Below are positions 9,635 to 18,299 of a DNA stretch of 64,000 nucleotides, piece after piece. Made by a program: the position numbers and the translations under genes. Each line of letters opens with the position of its first letter. Position 1 is the first letter of the stretch. The notes under the pieces are model-generated. The model saw only the letters and a list, made by a program, of their open reading frames with translations, searched no databases and was not told the origin of the DNA. The stretch is from an uncultured virus (IMG/VR IMGVR_UViG_3300009168_000043) (lineage: Duplodnaviria; Heunggongvirae; Uroviricota; Caudoviricetes): IMG/VR virus record IMGVR_UViG_3300009168_000043; one strand, 5' to 3'.

Positions 9635-10744
9635 TTATGCTATTATGTGAGGAACAAAGTTTGCCATGTTGTTTGTTATTTTAGAATCAGTTTCTCTTAT
9701 TCCGATTCCACACGATTCACCCCCGATAACCCACGAACCGATCACTGGATACTTTCCATCAAAAGGTTTAATCTCCACCAAAGATTGATAAACATATCCT
9801 TCTTCTCCATAGTCTCCATCGGTTTCGCACTCTAACATACCATCTTTATAAATGGAAACATTTGCGCCTTCTCTTGAAAATACAGGTTTTTTGCAGTAAC
9901 AGCCATCTATAAGAGGTTTGTTTCTTGTATCAAGAATCAATGACGAGTTTGGAAACAGTTCAGCTAATATGACTAACATTTGTTTGTTACTCATTATAGC
10001 TTTCCAGAGAGGTTCTATGAACGTTGTTTCGCATTTTGGAATATCCTTTCCGAACTCTTCATTAAACATCCATTCGTACGGATACAGTTTAAACAAAACA
10101 TCTAAGTGTTCGCCACCCGTGTTAAAAAACCTTCCTTTTCTTGCAGATATAGCAGACATATCCATTATAGATGTAGATAATCCTGCATCCGATGCAGTTG
10201 AAAGTATGTAAGCTGTCGTAGTGTAATCTTCTACGTTATCAGTAAGACATGCGAAGTGATATTTATCTGCCTCGTATTTTTGGTGTATGCTTTCGAAACT
10301 CGATATAAGCGATTCGTGAATGCTGTTAAACTGATCGTGTGCTGGAAACTTTTCTTCTTTCCAGTTCCACTGAACTATTGCTGCTTCAAAAAGAGATGTA
10401 GGCGTATCAGCATTAAACTCTAACAGCTTAGGCATTCCATCGACAAATGCGAAATCAAACCTGCCATAAAGAGAAAGCTCATCACTGTCCCAACTATCGA
10501 TCAACGTATCGACCATGTACTGTGGAATGTGAAGTTCTGACCAGCGGTTATTATCTATAACGTTCTGAACCGCTTCGATATACATTTGATAACACTCTTT
10601 GGTTGCCTCATATAGCGTATCGATCTCTTTTTCCGTGAATTGGTAGTACGCATTTTCTAACCAATATTCGTCGCTAAAGTTAAATCCTAACTCTGCTAAT
10701 TTTTCTTTATAACTGCCCCTGGGCATCGTTGCTATTCTCTTCAT
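9635..10744 (-). CDS. Glutathionylspermidine synthase family ATP-grasp protein (YgiC/YjfC-like)
   Basis: YW.E..YY.F, LYGRFDF, KLLEFNADTPTSLFE, FKLYPYEW, EPLWK, KPVFSREGANV, GSWVIG, GIRE. Confidence 0.92.
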   Translation of the reverse strand: MKRIATMPRGSYKEKLAELGFNFSDEYWLENAYYQFTEKEIDTLYEATKECYQMYIEAVQNVIDNNRWSELHIPQYMVDTLIDSWDSDELSLYGRFDFAFVDGMPKLLEFNADTPTSLFEAAIVQWNWKEEKFPAHDQFNSIHESLISSFESIHQKYEADKYHFACLTDNVEDYTTTAYILSTASDAGLSTSIMDMSAISARKGRFFNTGGEHLDVLFKLYPYEWMFNEEFGKDIPKCETTFIEPLWKAIMSNKQMLVILAELFPNSSLILDTRNKPLIDGCYCKKPVFSREGANVSIYKDGMLECETDGDYGEEGYVYQSLVEIKPFDGKYPVIGSWVIGGESCGIGIRETDSKITNNMANFVPHIIA

Positions 10745-11402
10745 TTTTGTGATTGTTTACGAAACGTTCTATTATTAAACCTGATAACAAACCGAATAAG
10801 CTTATTCCTCCGATAGAAACAAATATCGCTAATAGTCTTCCTTCGGTGGTAACAGGATAAAAATCACCGTATCCTATGGTACTTAGCGTGCAGTAACTCC
10901 ACCACAGCGCCTGCTCTGCTGTCTTTATGTTGCCCTTTCCCTCTTCAACAAAGAGTATAAGAATTGGGCTTATTATCATGATCAGCATGAACACCATGGA
11001 AAATAACAGTTTATACGCATGAATTACATTAGTTCGTAAGTAGTATACTATCCTGTTAATTCCGCCGAAAATCTTTATTATCCTTACGATTCGAAGAAAC
11101 CTGATAAACTTTGCATAACCTATGTACGAAAACATAAAAAGGAAAGGGAGACTAGCAATGAGATCAATAGAGTTATAAAAAGAATACTTCCACCTATTTT
11201 CTGCCATTCTAAATCTCCTAATCCAATCTATTATAAAAAATACGCAGGATACGTTATCAAATATGTTAAGCAGCTTAGTGACCTCCGAATCTACTGGTAA
11301 AAATATCTGCCAAGTGATAGAAAAGATGATGTACACAGTAAAAGTAAGAACTATAACCTCAAACACATCTATTCTGTGATCGTCAACTAACCTGGCTCCC
11401 AT
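10707..11402 (-). CDS. Voltage-gated (6TM) potassium channel
   Basis: Selectivity filter TLSTIGYGD-YP, S4-like KFIRFLRIVRIIK, multiple TM helices. Confidence 0.9.
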   Translation of the reverse strand: MGARLVDDHRIDVFEVIVLTFTVYIIFSITWQIFLPVDSEVTKLLNIFDNVSCVFFIIDWIRRFRMAENRWKYSFYNSIDLIASLPFLFMFSYIGYAKFIRFLRIVRIIKIFGGINRIVYYLRTNVIHAYKLLFSMVFMLIMIISPILILFVEEGKGNIKTAEQALWWSYCTLSTIGYGDFYPVTTEGRLLAIFVSIGGISLFGLLSGLIIERFVNNHKNEENSNDAQGQL

Positions 11403-11405
11403 AGG

Positions 11406-11819
11406 TTATGAAGATGCCGATCCTGAACTGCTTCTTCCTGTAGATCCAAACCCACCACTCTTTGCAGTGCCCGAACTTTTACTCGAAGAGTTTGAACGAC
11501 CGAAGAATGAACGAGATGGAGAAGCTGTACGAGCGTGATTAACAAATGACGAACGAGGAATGACCCTCATGCTTTGGTCACGATACAGTCCAGAAGAAGG
11601 ATAGTAATAGTGATACACTCGTTGGTTGTTAATCATAGAGCTTATCATCCAGTACTGCAACGCAGCGTTGTAAACGCTTTGATTACCATAAGGATCCACA
11701 TAAACCTGGCCGTTTGTTGGAGATGCTGGATAAACCAGTTCTTTTTCCCGGTTATCAGTGCAAGCTCCAAGAAGCATCAGTGCAACCAAACTGAAAAATA
11801 AAGGATTTGTTTTTTTCAT
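11406..11819 (-). CDS. Lipoprotein with Ser/Gly-rich GGFG tail (DUF1190/YgiB-like)
   Basis: Lipobox LGAC; C-terminal SGGFGSTGRSSS; co-located with a GSP synthase gene as in ygiB-ygiC / yjfM-yjfC. Confidence 0.7.
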   Translation of the reverse strand: MKKTNPLFFSLVALMLLGACTDNREKELVYPASPTNGQVYVDPYGNQSVYNAALQYWMISSMINNQRVYHYYYPSSGLYRDQSMRVIPRSSFVNHARTASPSRSFFGRSNSSSKSSGTAKSGGFGSTGRSSSGSASS

Positions 11820-11940
11820 TGTGTGAACTTTTATCTTTACGTTTAATTAAAATTTATAGTGCAAATATAATAAAAATACACAAATAAAAAAAACTTTAAC
11901 ACAAAATTAATTCAACAGTAAAAACTTTTTTCGAAAACAA

Positions 11941-11997
11941 CATATAAAACTTGCTTGAATGAAGTGAAAGCAAGATATAATACTTAAGTATTATAAT
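11941..11997 (+). repeat. Imperfect ~57-bp direct repeat (copy 2)
   Basis: Matches 9304-9360. Confidence 0.7.
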
Positions 11998-12008
11998 AAA
12001 AAAGAAAT

Positions 12009-12314
12009 TTAATCTCCTGTATCTCCTGAGATGGAGCTATAAAACCTAGCGATTGCTTCTGCTCCATCTTTAACATATTTTTTCCATTCTAGATTTTCTT
12101 CGATATGAAAGTTATTGTAAGAAAAATAACTCAGTTTCCCATCCGCACCAAATCTTTTAATCATGTCAGTCTTCCAGCTGTCAAACTGCTGTTTGTTATC
12201 TATTGTTGTTACCGATTGAAATGTCTGAGGCAGGTTAAAAGATTTGTTTAACATAAAATCTGAAACTTCTTTGTACTGTACAGTTTCTAGTGGCCAACAT
12301 ATAAGCTCTCTCAT
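12009..12314 (-). CDS. Hypothetical protein
   Basis: ATG ORF. Confidence 0.65.
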   Translation of the reverse strand: MRELICWPLETVQYKEVSDFMLNKSFNLPQTFQSVTTIDNKQQFDSWKTDMIKRFGADGKLSYFSYNNFHIEENLEWKKYVKDGAEAIARFYSSISGDTGD

Positions 12315-12316
12315 GG

Positions 12317-12667
12317 TTACACGAATTTGTTAAATTTAAAATCTGGCATAAACGATAGAGGTACGCTATATTTTTTAGCTTCTTTATCTTCTCCCATTAT
12401 CTGATATTCGTAGCAGAACACACTAAAGTTATACTGGCCAGAGCTCAGATAATTTACGGCAGTTATGATTCCCTCGTGGTTTTTCTTATTTTCATCAAAA
12501 AATTTTATTATCGGACCATCATGAACATATATGAATATGTTTCCGTATTCGGGTACGTTTTTTGAAGTAGACATCCATCCGTTAGCGTAATGAAAACACC
12601 TTTCCTTTCTTTCTTCTTGCATAATACTTATGCAATCCCTTAACAATGATTCTTCGTTTACGTCCAT
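12317..12667 (-). CDS. Hypothetical protein
   Basis: ATG ORF. Confidence 0.65.
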   Translation of the reverse strand: MDVNEESLLRDCISIMQEERKERCFHYANGWMSTSKNVPEYGNIFIYVHDGPIIKFFDENKKNHEGIITAVNYLSSGQYNFSVFCYEYQIMGEDKEAKKYSVPLSFMPDFKFNKFV

Positions 12668-12676
12668 TTTAGTCAG

Positions 12677-13594
12677 TTATTTTATGTAGTTGTATATAGA
12701 TTCAAGCTCTTCAAAAGTACCCATCTTACAGCCTATACCTATTCTAATCACATCAGAGCTGTCTAATTGGTTTAGCCTATATCCAGTTCCGGTCATTTTA
12801 TTATATATATTTAAAGAATGACCTTGCAGTTGAGGAGGGTTCTTTATATAATCTATTACGTTTTTTATCTCGTAATGCGAAAACGTTCCGCTTAAAGAGA
12901 TAGCTTGATGTAAAGTTTTCCTGGCCACAACTTCTACAGATCCAAAAGTGAAGTACATTACATCATTTAATAAATCGTTACTCTCATAAGAAACAGTGTG
13001 TCTAAAATGATGGGAAGCAAATTCTTGTGATATTCCATGTATGTTTCCATACTCATTTATGATAGAAGATCTATTGAAACACAAGTATTTTTTGCCTTGA
13101 ATGAATTCGTGTGAGCTTGCTCCAGTGGAAATACTGTTAGTACACAAGAGGACTTCACCCTTTTCAAAGATAAGCTTTCCTAAATTTTTTACTTCTGATA
13201 TATCTATCTTTTTAGCAAAAATTTTCGGTACGCTGAATATGCTTGGAAGGTTATCGAAGTGATCTATGTCTTTGGGTCCAAACGACATAGAATCTTCACG
13301 TTTAAATATTAAATGATCAATATCAACGGTATGTATCTTGTATGCCTCACCCTCTTTTAAGAATTTTTGCCCTCCACAAAAAGATACCCATTCATTTTCA
13401 TTAAATGATTCTTTTAGCATGAAAGGTTCCCATGATTCTACTATTTCAGACGGCATGTAAAAGTTATCTTTTTCTATACAGTCTATCACTCCATAGTTTC
13501 TATCATCACCAGGCACTCTTACATAAACTGTATCTTTTTTTACATCACCGTTCCATAAGTCGAACGGTACTACGTAACCCAAACTCTTATCCAT
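12677..13594 (-). CDS. Hypothetical protein
   Basis: 305 aa ORF downstream of a promoter near 13620. Confidence 0.75.
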   Translation of the reverse strand: MDKSLGYVVPFDLWNGDVKKDTVYVRVPGDDRNYGVIDCIEKDNFYMPSEIVESWEPFMLKESFNENEWVSFCGGQKFLKEGEAYKIHTVDIDHLIFKREDSMSFGPKDIDHFDNLPSIFSVPKIFAKKIDISEVKNLGKLIFEKGEVLLCTNSISTGASSHEFIQGKKYLCFNRSSIINEYGNIHGISQEFASHHFRHTVSYESNDLLNDVMYFTFGSVEVVARKTLHQAISLSGTFSHYEIKNVIDYIKNPPQLQGHSLNIYNKMTGTGYRLNQLDSSDVIRIGIGCKMGTFEELESIYNYIK

Positions 13595-13680
13595 GATATG
13601 ATTGTTTAAATTTATAATGCAAATGTATACAAAAATATTTAAAATTAAATATCATTTTTAATATTTATTTTAATCAGTAT

Positions 13681-13771
13681 ATGAATTAGATCACCTCAGA
13701 TCACTTAATAAAAAATATATGCGATAATATATGTCCCAAAATTTTAAGTGATCTGAGGTGATCTGATTCAT
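13681..13771. repeat. 28-bp inverted repeat (1 mismatch) with 35-bp AT-rich spacer; phased TCAGA/TCTGA element copy 2
   Basis: ATGAATTAGATCACCTCAGATCACTTAA (13681-13708) ... TTAAGTGATCTGAGGTGATCTGATTCAT (13744-13771). Confidence 0.85.
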
Positions 13772-14028
13772 TATGATTTAAATGGTATGACGTATATCAT
13801 GTTTTCACTTAGATTAATACGCACATCTACTATCTTACAAAAGAGATTAGAAAACTTTTTCATGTTAAGAATACACACTGCTACATCTAAATCTTTTTCG
13901 TTTCTAAAATACAGTTCGAACCTTTTGTTTCCGAACAAGTCTTTTTCTTTTATTTTTACGTAAGAAATCCGATTAAGTTCTAATATAGACTCTAATTCAG
14001 ATTTATTAAGTTTATGTGATTCTTTCAT
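13771..14028 (-). CDS. Hypothetical protein
   Basis: ATG ORF. Confidence 0.65.
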   Translation of the reverse strand: MKESHKLNKSELESILELNRISYVKIKEKDLFGNKRFELYFRNEKDLDVAVCILNMKKFSNLFCKIVDVRINLSENMIYVIPFKS

Positions 14029-14031
14029 CTG

Positions 14032-14610
14032 TTATTCGAATATGCTAAAAGCTTTGTTAATTAATCTTGAAAAACTCCACCAATTGTTGTCGTTATTTTC
14101 CTGTTTTTCTTCAAATTCTGCTTTGTTTTTAACACTAAAATTTTTAGTGTTAATGTTTACACAAGATAAATCTATGTTCAACACTTTTTCTATATACGGC
14201 ACGTATATAGCTCTTTGAAAAGAATTGTTCCAACCTGCATTTTCATTGTTTATCATTGTGATCAAGTTCTCTTCGGATTCTATTATAAGACTATACGGAT
14301 AATCTTTCATTGATTGCGATCCTTCACTATCCCACATTCGACCGTTTATACAGTACATAACATGAGTTGGAGCAACAAAATTACTATCGTTATTGATTAA
14401 ACACATCTCATTATTGATGTATCTATCTTTAGAAGAATATTGATATACACTAACAAATTTAAAATTGTAAGGTGTCTTACGATTAGCTTTCGTCCATAAA
14501 TGCATAGATAACGCTGATATACCACACCCTCCCGAGTTTATATCTTCTATTGTATCTAAAAAAAGCAAAACATCTTTGAATGAAGAAATTCTTTTCATAC
14601 GATTTAACAC
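14032..14610 (-). CDS. Hypothetical protein, possible papain/transglutaminase-like fold
   Basis: GGCGISA ... THVM ... WDS gives Cys-His-Asp order. Confidence 0.6.
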   Translation of the reverse strand: MLNRMKRISSFKDVLLFLDTIEDINSGGCGISALSMHLWTKANRKTPYNFKFVSVYQYSSKDRYINNEMCLINNDSNFVAPTHVMYCINGRMWDSEGSQSMKDYPYSLIIESEENLITMINNENAGWNNSFQRAIYVPYIEKVLNIDLSCVNINTKNFSVKNKAEFEEKQENNDNNWWSFSRLINKAFSIFE

Positions 14611-14620
14611 AAATATGACA

Positions 14621-14650
14621 GCCGGAATCCTACCTAAGCATGATTCCGGC
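14621..14650. terminator. Hairpin, possible terminator
   Basis: GCCGGAATC ... GATTCCGGC. Confidence 0.4.
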
Positions 14651-14667
14651 CCATCAAATTTAACTAA

Positions 14668-15603
14668 TTAATCATCATTAAGAATAGTCAATATCTTTTT
14701 AACGTCGGTTTCTGACAAATAAGAGAGTGATCCAAATGAGAACAATCCATTCGAAGATTCAACGATTTTTATCTTTCTACTTATCTTTCTACCTTCAAGT
14801 TCCTTTTCTTTAACTTTTATGTAAAATGAATCAACCTTATATGAATCTCTTCTGTTTCCATATTCTGGATACGATGTTGTTTCTTCATGATAGCAATTCC
14901 CAAAAAGAGCAGTGTACTTTTTTATTGTTTCTTTTATAGATTCTTGCCTTTTTATTTCCTGTAACGTTTTAGAATTCTTTATAGATAAAAATTTATCAAC
15001 AGATTTCACAAAAGCTTTTACTAAATTTTCTGGGTGGGTGTATCTGTTTTCTTTGGTCCTATATCTGTGATAGTCTCTTTCTAAGATGTAAACATCACCG
15101 TTTTTTGTGTATTCCTTTCTTATATCGGATGAAATGCCGTTATAAACAAGCTTTACGTTCATAGTAGTAAACCTCACATCTCTTTTACAGAATTCATCTT
15201 TTCCTGGAATTTCGCAAGAAAGACCTTCAATGTTTAACGATTTTACCACATCAACAATCAAATGTACCCACGATTTACCCCACGTGTTCGATAGGTAACT
15301 TAACTTTTGATCGTTTATTTGATTGTAAAACTCATCGAGCGATTCAGAATATCTTTTAACAATGTCATCAACATCGATATCTATTACCTGCTGTACCGAT
15401 TCAAATCCTATTATTTTATAACGCACGTTTCTAGATTGTCCATCTGATTCGTTGTTAAGAAACATTCTTCCTTTAGCTTCACCTACGTTTATTAAGATTT
15501 CTGTTTTTAAATCATCATCAAATACACCGTAAGAATTTTTTATTGGAACTAAAAGAGAATTAACTTCTGCCTTTAACTTGATTTTTCCATTTTTATCACT
15601 CAT
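14668..15603 (-). CDS. Hypothetical protein
   Basis: 311 aa ORF with its own promoter at 15632. Confidence 0.75.
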   Translation of the reverse strand: MSDKNGKIKLKAEVNSLLVPIKNSYGVFDDDLKTEILINVGEAKGRMFLNNESDGQSRNVRYKIIGFESVQQVIDIDVDDIVKRYSESLDEFYNQINDQKLSYLSNTWGKSWVHLIVDVVKSLNIEGLSCEIPGKDEFCKRDVRFTTMNVKLVYNGISSDIRKEYTKNGDVYILERDYHRYRTKENRYTHPENLVKAFVKSVDKFLSIKNSKTLQEIKRQESIKETIKKYTALFGNCYHEETTSYPEYGNRRDSYKVDSFYIKVKEKELEGRKISRKIKIVESSNGLFSFGSLSYLSETDVKKILTILNDD

Positions 15604-15669
15604 AGTTGTAGGTTTTTATTAAATTCCTTTACAAATATAATAATAAAAAACACAATAAAAAAATCTGTT

Positions 15670-15969
15670 TTATTTTGTTTCTTCCACTTTTTCAACCGAA
15701 ACGGGTTTGGATTCAGCCCTAACCGGTTCAAATAACTGATATCCAGTTAAAATGATGGGAACCACTAACGTTTCTGAAAGTATCACTGACCAAACGATGT
15801 TTCCTACGTTCAACTGATAGACCACTCCTTCTACCTTTGTAGAGCTTTCGTTTGCCCATCCATAAGGTTCAACTACTGTATCCTTTCCGTTTATATTTAA
15901 CGTTTTGGAATCTGCACAACTTGATAGCATCACTATCATTACGATAAAAACTGCAATAACTTTTTTCAT
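15670..15969 (-). CDS. Lipoprotein
   Basis: Signal peptide with lipobox LSSC; PYGW motif; C-terminal hydrophobic stretch. Confidence 0.75.
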   Translation of the reverse strand: MKKVIAVFIVMIVMLSSCADSKTLNINGKDTVVEPYGWANESSTKVEGVVYQLNVGNIVWSVILSETLVVPIILTGYQLFEPVRAESKPVSVEKVEETK

Positions 15970-15995
15970 GGTGATATAATTTATTTAGTATTGTT

Positions 15996-16469
15996 TTATA
16001 TTATTCTAAATGTCTTTGTCTTCATTACTGGCCACCAGTACATTCCTTCGTTAAAACCTTCGTCATCAGGAAATTTCGATAGGTAAAACGTTTTGTCTTT
16101 TACTATTAGTCTTGATCTCATTGCTCTGTGAAAATCTTCGTTACCCAGCCACCATGGTGTCAATTCTCTTTGATTAGGACGTAATTTTGACATCGTTGTG
16201 TTTATTCTATGCTCATTCAAACAATGATCTAGAAATACGTTGTAATAATTGGCCAAAGATGTCTCATACCCGGCCCACATTTGAACAGCTGGATGATTCA
16301 GCCAACCTCTTTTTATCCATCCCTTTGATTCTTTCCAATCTTCAGGAACACATTGATAATGAAGTATACACAAAATCTGTTTTGCTTCAACTGTTTGTTT
16401 CCAACAACGTTTTTTATCTAATACTTCAGCCGATTGAAGATAATTTTCGTATGGTAAAAATGTCTGAAT
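15996..16469 (-). CDS. Pyrimidine-dimer DNA glycosylase-like protein (MSMEG_6728 family), probable ATT start
   Basis: In-frame extension reads (I)QTFLPY...LDKKRCWKQTVEAKQI; W.NHPAVQMWAGYE; PWWLG.EDFH..M.S.L..KD; family members begin MQTFLPY. Confidence 0.8.
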   Translation of the reverse strand: MQTFLPYENYLQSAEVLDKKRCWKQTVEAKQILCILHYQCVPEDWKESKGWIKRGWLNHPAVQMWAGYETSLANYYNVFLDHCLNEHRINTTMSKLRPNQRELTPWWLGNEDFHRAMRSRLIVKDKTFYLSKFPDDEGFNEGMYWWPVMKTKTFRII

Positions 16470-16509
16470 GGTTTCTAAGTTTTAAGTTTTCCTAATGTAT
16501 GTCATATAA

Positions 16510-16869
16510 CTAAAGCAAAGACTTTCCAGACCATTGACACCAACATAAAGTAGGTTTACTATAAATATCTTTACTATAAACTTTCTTGCCATTACAGTTG
16601 GGTGAATGACCGGGAAGAAATGGATAACCATCATTTTCACAAGTCATATAAGGTCGTTCAGATAAAGAAGGACGCCCGGCATGTTTGGCATAATCTTCGG
16701 GAATTGGAAAATCTTCATCATCCATCAATTTAGATTCAAATATTCCTCTAACAATCCCAGTTTTATCTGAATTAATAACATCTTTAACAATATCAGGATG
16801 AAGATCAAATGCGTCATGACCGTTGATTTCGATTCCTAACTTCATGTTAGTATTTACTGTTGACCCCAT
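16510..16869 (-). CDS. Hypothetical protein
   Basis: ATG ORF, Cys-containing C-terminus. Confidence 0.6.
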   Translation of the reverse strand: MGSTVNTNMKLGIEINGHDAFDLHPDIVKDVINSDKTGIVRGIFESKLMDDEDFPIPEDYAKHAGRPSLSERPYMTCENDGYPFLPGHSPNCNGKKVYSKDIYSKPTLCWCQWSGKSLL

Positions 16870-16979
16870 GATTTTAAAATTTCGTAATTGATATTATAAA
16901 TAACTGCCCCACATAGAATTTGGCGACTCAGAAATTAATCGTTTGGCGGCTCATCTTGTAGGGCAGGTAATTTCAATAA

Positions 16980-17430
16980 AATGTACAAATTGCTTGTTCC
17001 AATGAAGCACCACTATAGCTGTTGCAACAACGTTTTAAGTCAGGAATCGAACCTTATTAATTCGTACACTGTAAATTTTAGTAAAGAATCTATAAAGCCC
17101 ACGTTCGACTTTAAATCTGTGATATGGTTTCGGCCTTGGTATTGTCAGTCGCACGACATGTTATAGTCCACCATATCAAATTCCGTTCCCCTTAACTCTG
17201 GCTACTTTCTCCCGTATTTTTTCCGCGAATACCATTTTCGCATACCGAATAGTTGAACGTTGATGTTCATCACCCTAATGATTGGTAGCATTTATTTACT
17301 TTACAGATTACGATTATTAGAACTAATTCTAACTGCTGATAGCCTTGCATCATGCTTGGCTTCTTGGTATGAACTGATCTAATTTTATCGTTAGATTCTA
17401 CTGCAGCATTTTAAAGAACTATTGATACAA
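16980..17430 (-). ncRNA. Candidate large structured ncRNA directly downstream of the tRNA
   Basis: No credible ORF; complementary pairs 17120-17128/17170-17178, 17069-17075/17300-17306, 16982-16991/17059-17068; T-loop-like GGTTCGATTCC at 17043-17053 (minus); strand inferred from the tRNA. Confidence 0.45.
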
Positions 17431-17441
17431 AGTATCAGAGG

Positions 17442-17515
17442 TGGGCCCCACCGGGAATGATCCGATAACCCCCAGATTATGAGTCTGGTGCTCTAACCAG
17501 TTGAGCTAGAGGCCC
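17442..17515 (-). tRNA. tRNA with CAT anticodon (Ile2/lysidine-type or Met)
   Basis: GGGCCTC-TA-GCTC AACTGGTTA GAGC-A-CCAGA CTCATAA TCTGG-GGGTT-ATCGG ATCATTC CCGGT-GGGGCCC-A cloverleaf; CCA not encoded. Confidence 0.9.
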
Positions 17516-17520
17516 TAATA

Positions 17521-17799
17521 TTATTTTCTATCTACGTGTTCTCTTCCATTAAGAATTTCTTTGACCAACTTTAAATGATCTTCGCTGTCGCTTAATGTTT
17601 TGTGAAACTCTTCTTCTCTTTTTTTGTTTACCACGTCAGTAAATCTTCCTGCATTTGTTTCCCATAGTGGACTACCACAACATCCACAGTACTGAGCAGC
17701 TTGTAGTTTTCTCTCTCTTTTGTAAGACTTTTTATAGTAAGCTAACAGTCTTTTAGTTGTCAGCTTTTCTAACTCTGATAGAGATAACCTTTTCCACAT
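17521..17799 (-). CDS. Hypothetical protein
   Basis: L.TKRLLAYYK ... CGCCG ... IL..REHV. Confidence 0.7.
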   Translation of the reverse strand: MWKRLSLSELEKLTTKRLLAYYKKSYKRERKLQAAQYCGCCGSPLWETNAGRFTDVVNKKREEEFHKTLSDSEDHLKLVKEILNGREHVDRK

Positions 17800-17805
17800 G
17801 TTGTT

Positions 17806-18003
17806 TTACTTGTTAATTTCTTGTTTAAAATCTAAAATGACAGAGTGAGGAATGTTAAGAAACAACTGAGTCTGTGTCATACTTGGACACTTAAACGCTT
17901 GAACCCAACTCGTTATAGCTACCCACAATACACATATCGCGAAAATTATATGTAATATCTCAACTAGTTTTAAGTTTAATGTCGTTTTTTTGTATTTCAT
18001 CAA
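17806..18003 (-). CDS. Hypothetical membrane protein
   Basis: One TM segment; promoter at 18026. Confidence 0.65.
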   Translation of the reverse strand: MMKYKKTTLNLKLVEILHIIFAICVLWVAITSWVQAFKCPSMTQTQLFLNIPHSVILDFKQEINK

Positions 18004-18100
18004 TTATATATTTTAAATTCCTTTACAAATATAATAATAAAATTGTAATAATAAAAATCTTTTATGAAAAAGTTATAAAAAAGTTTTAACAACTTATAGA

Positions 18101-18295
18101 CTAATTCGGTAATGACATCTTAATGACAGCTGGTTCAATTCGATTATTCTTTGATGAAACAAACAATGATAATTTGTTTGTTGGCTTATCATCTTCAATT
18201 ATGTAAGCAATAGATCCACAACAAGGGGTAGATCCTGACCAGTTTTTGTGTCTTGTTTTACACACATTGCATTCAACCCAAAAGTCTTTTTCCAT
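18101..18295 (-). CDS. Small zinc-ribbon-like protein
   Basis: CNVC ... PCCG; start moved to MEKDF. Confidence 0.6.
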   Translation of the reverse strand: MEKDFWVECNVCKTRHKNWSGSTPCCGSIAYIIEDDKPTNKLSLFVSSKNNRIEPAVIKMSLPN

Positions 18296-18299
18296 TGTG

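Noticed and set aside
17030..17060. Second tRNA or tmRNA 3' end suggested by GGTTCGATTCC
   Set aside because: No acceptor stem, D arm, anticodon arm or CCA could be built; treated as part of the ncRNA candidate
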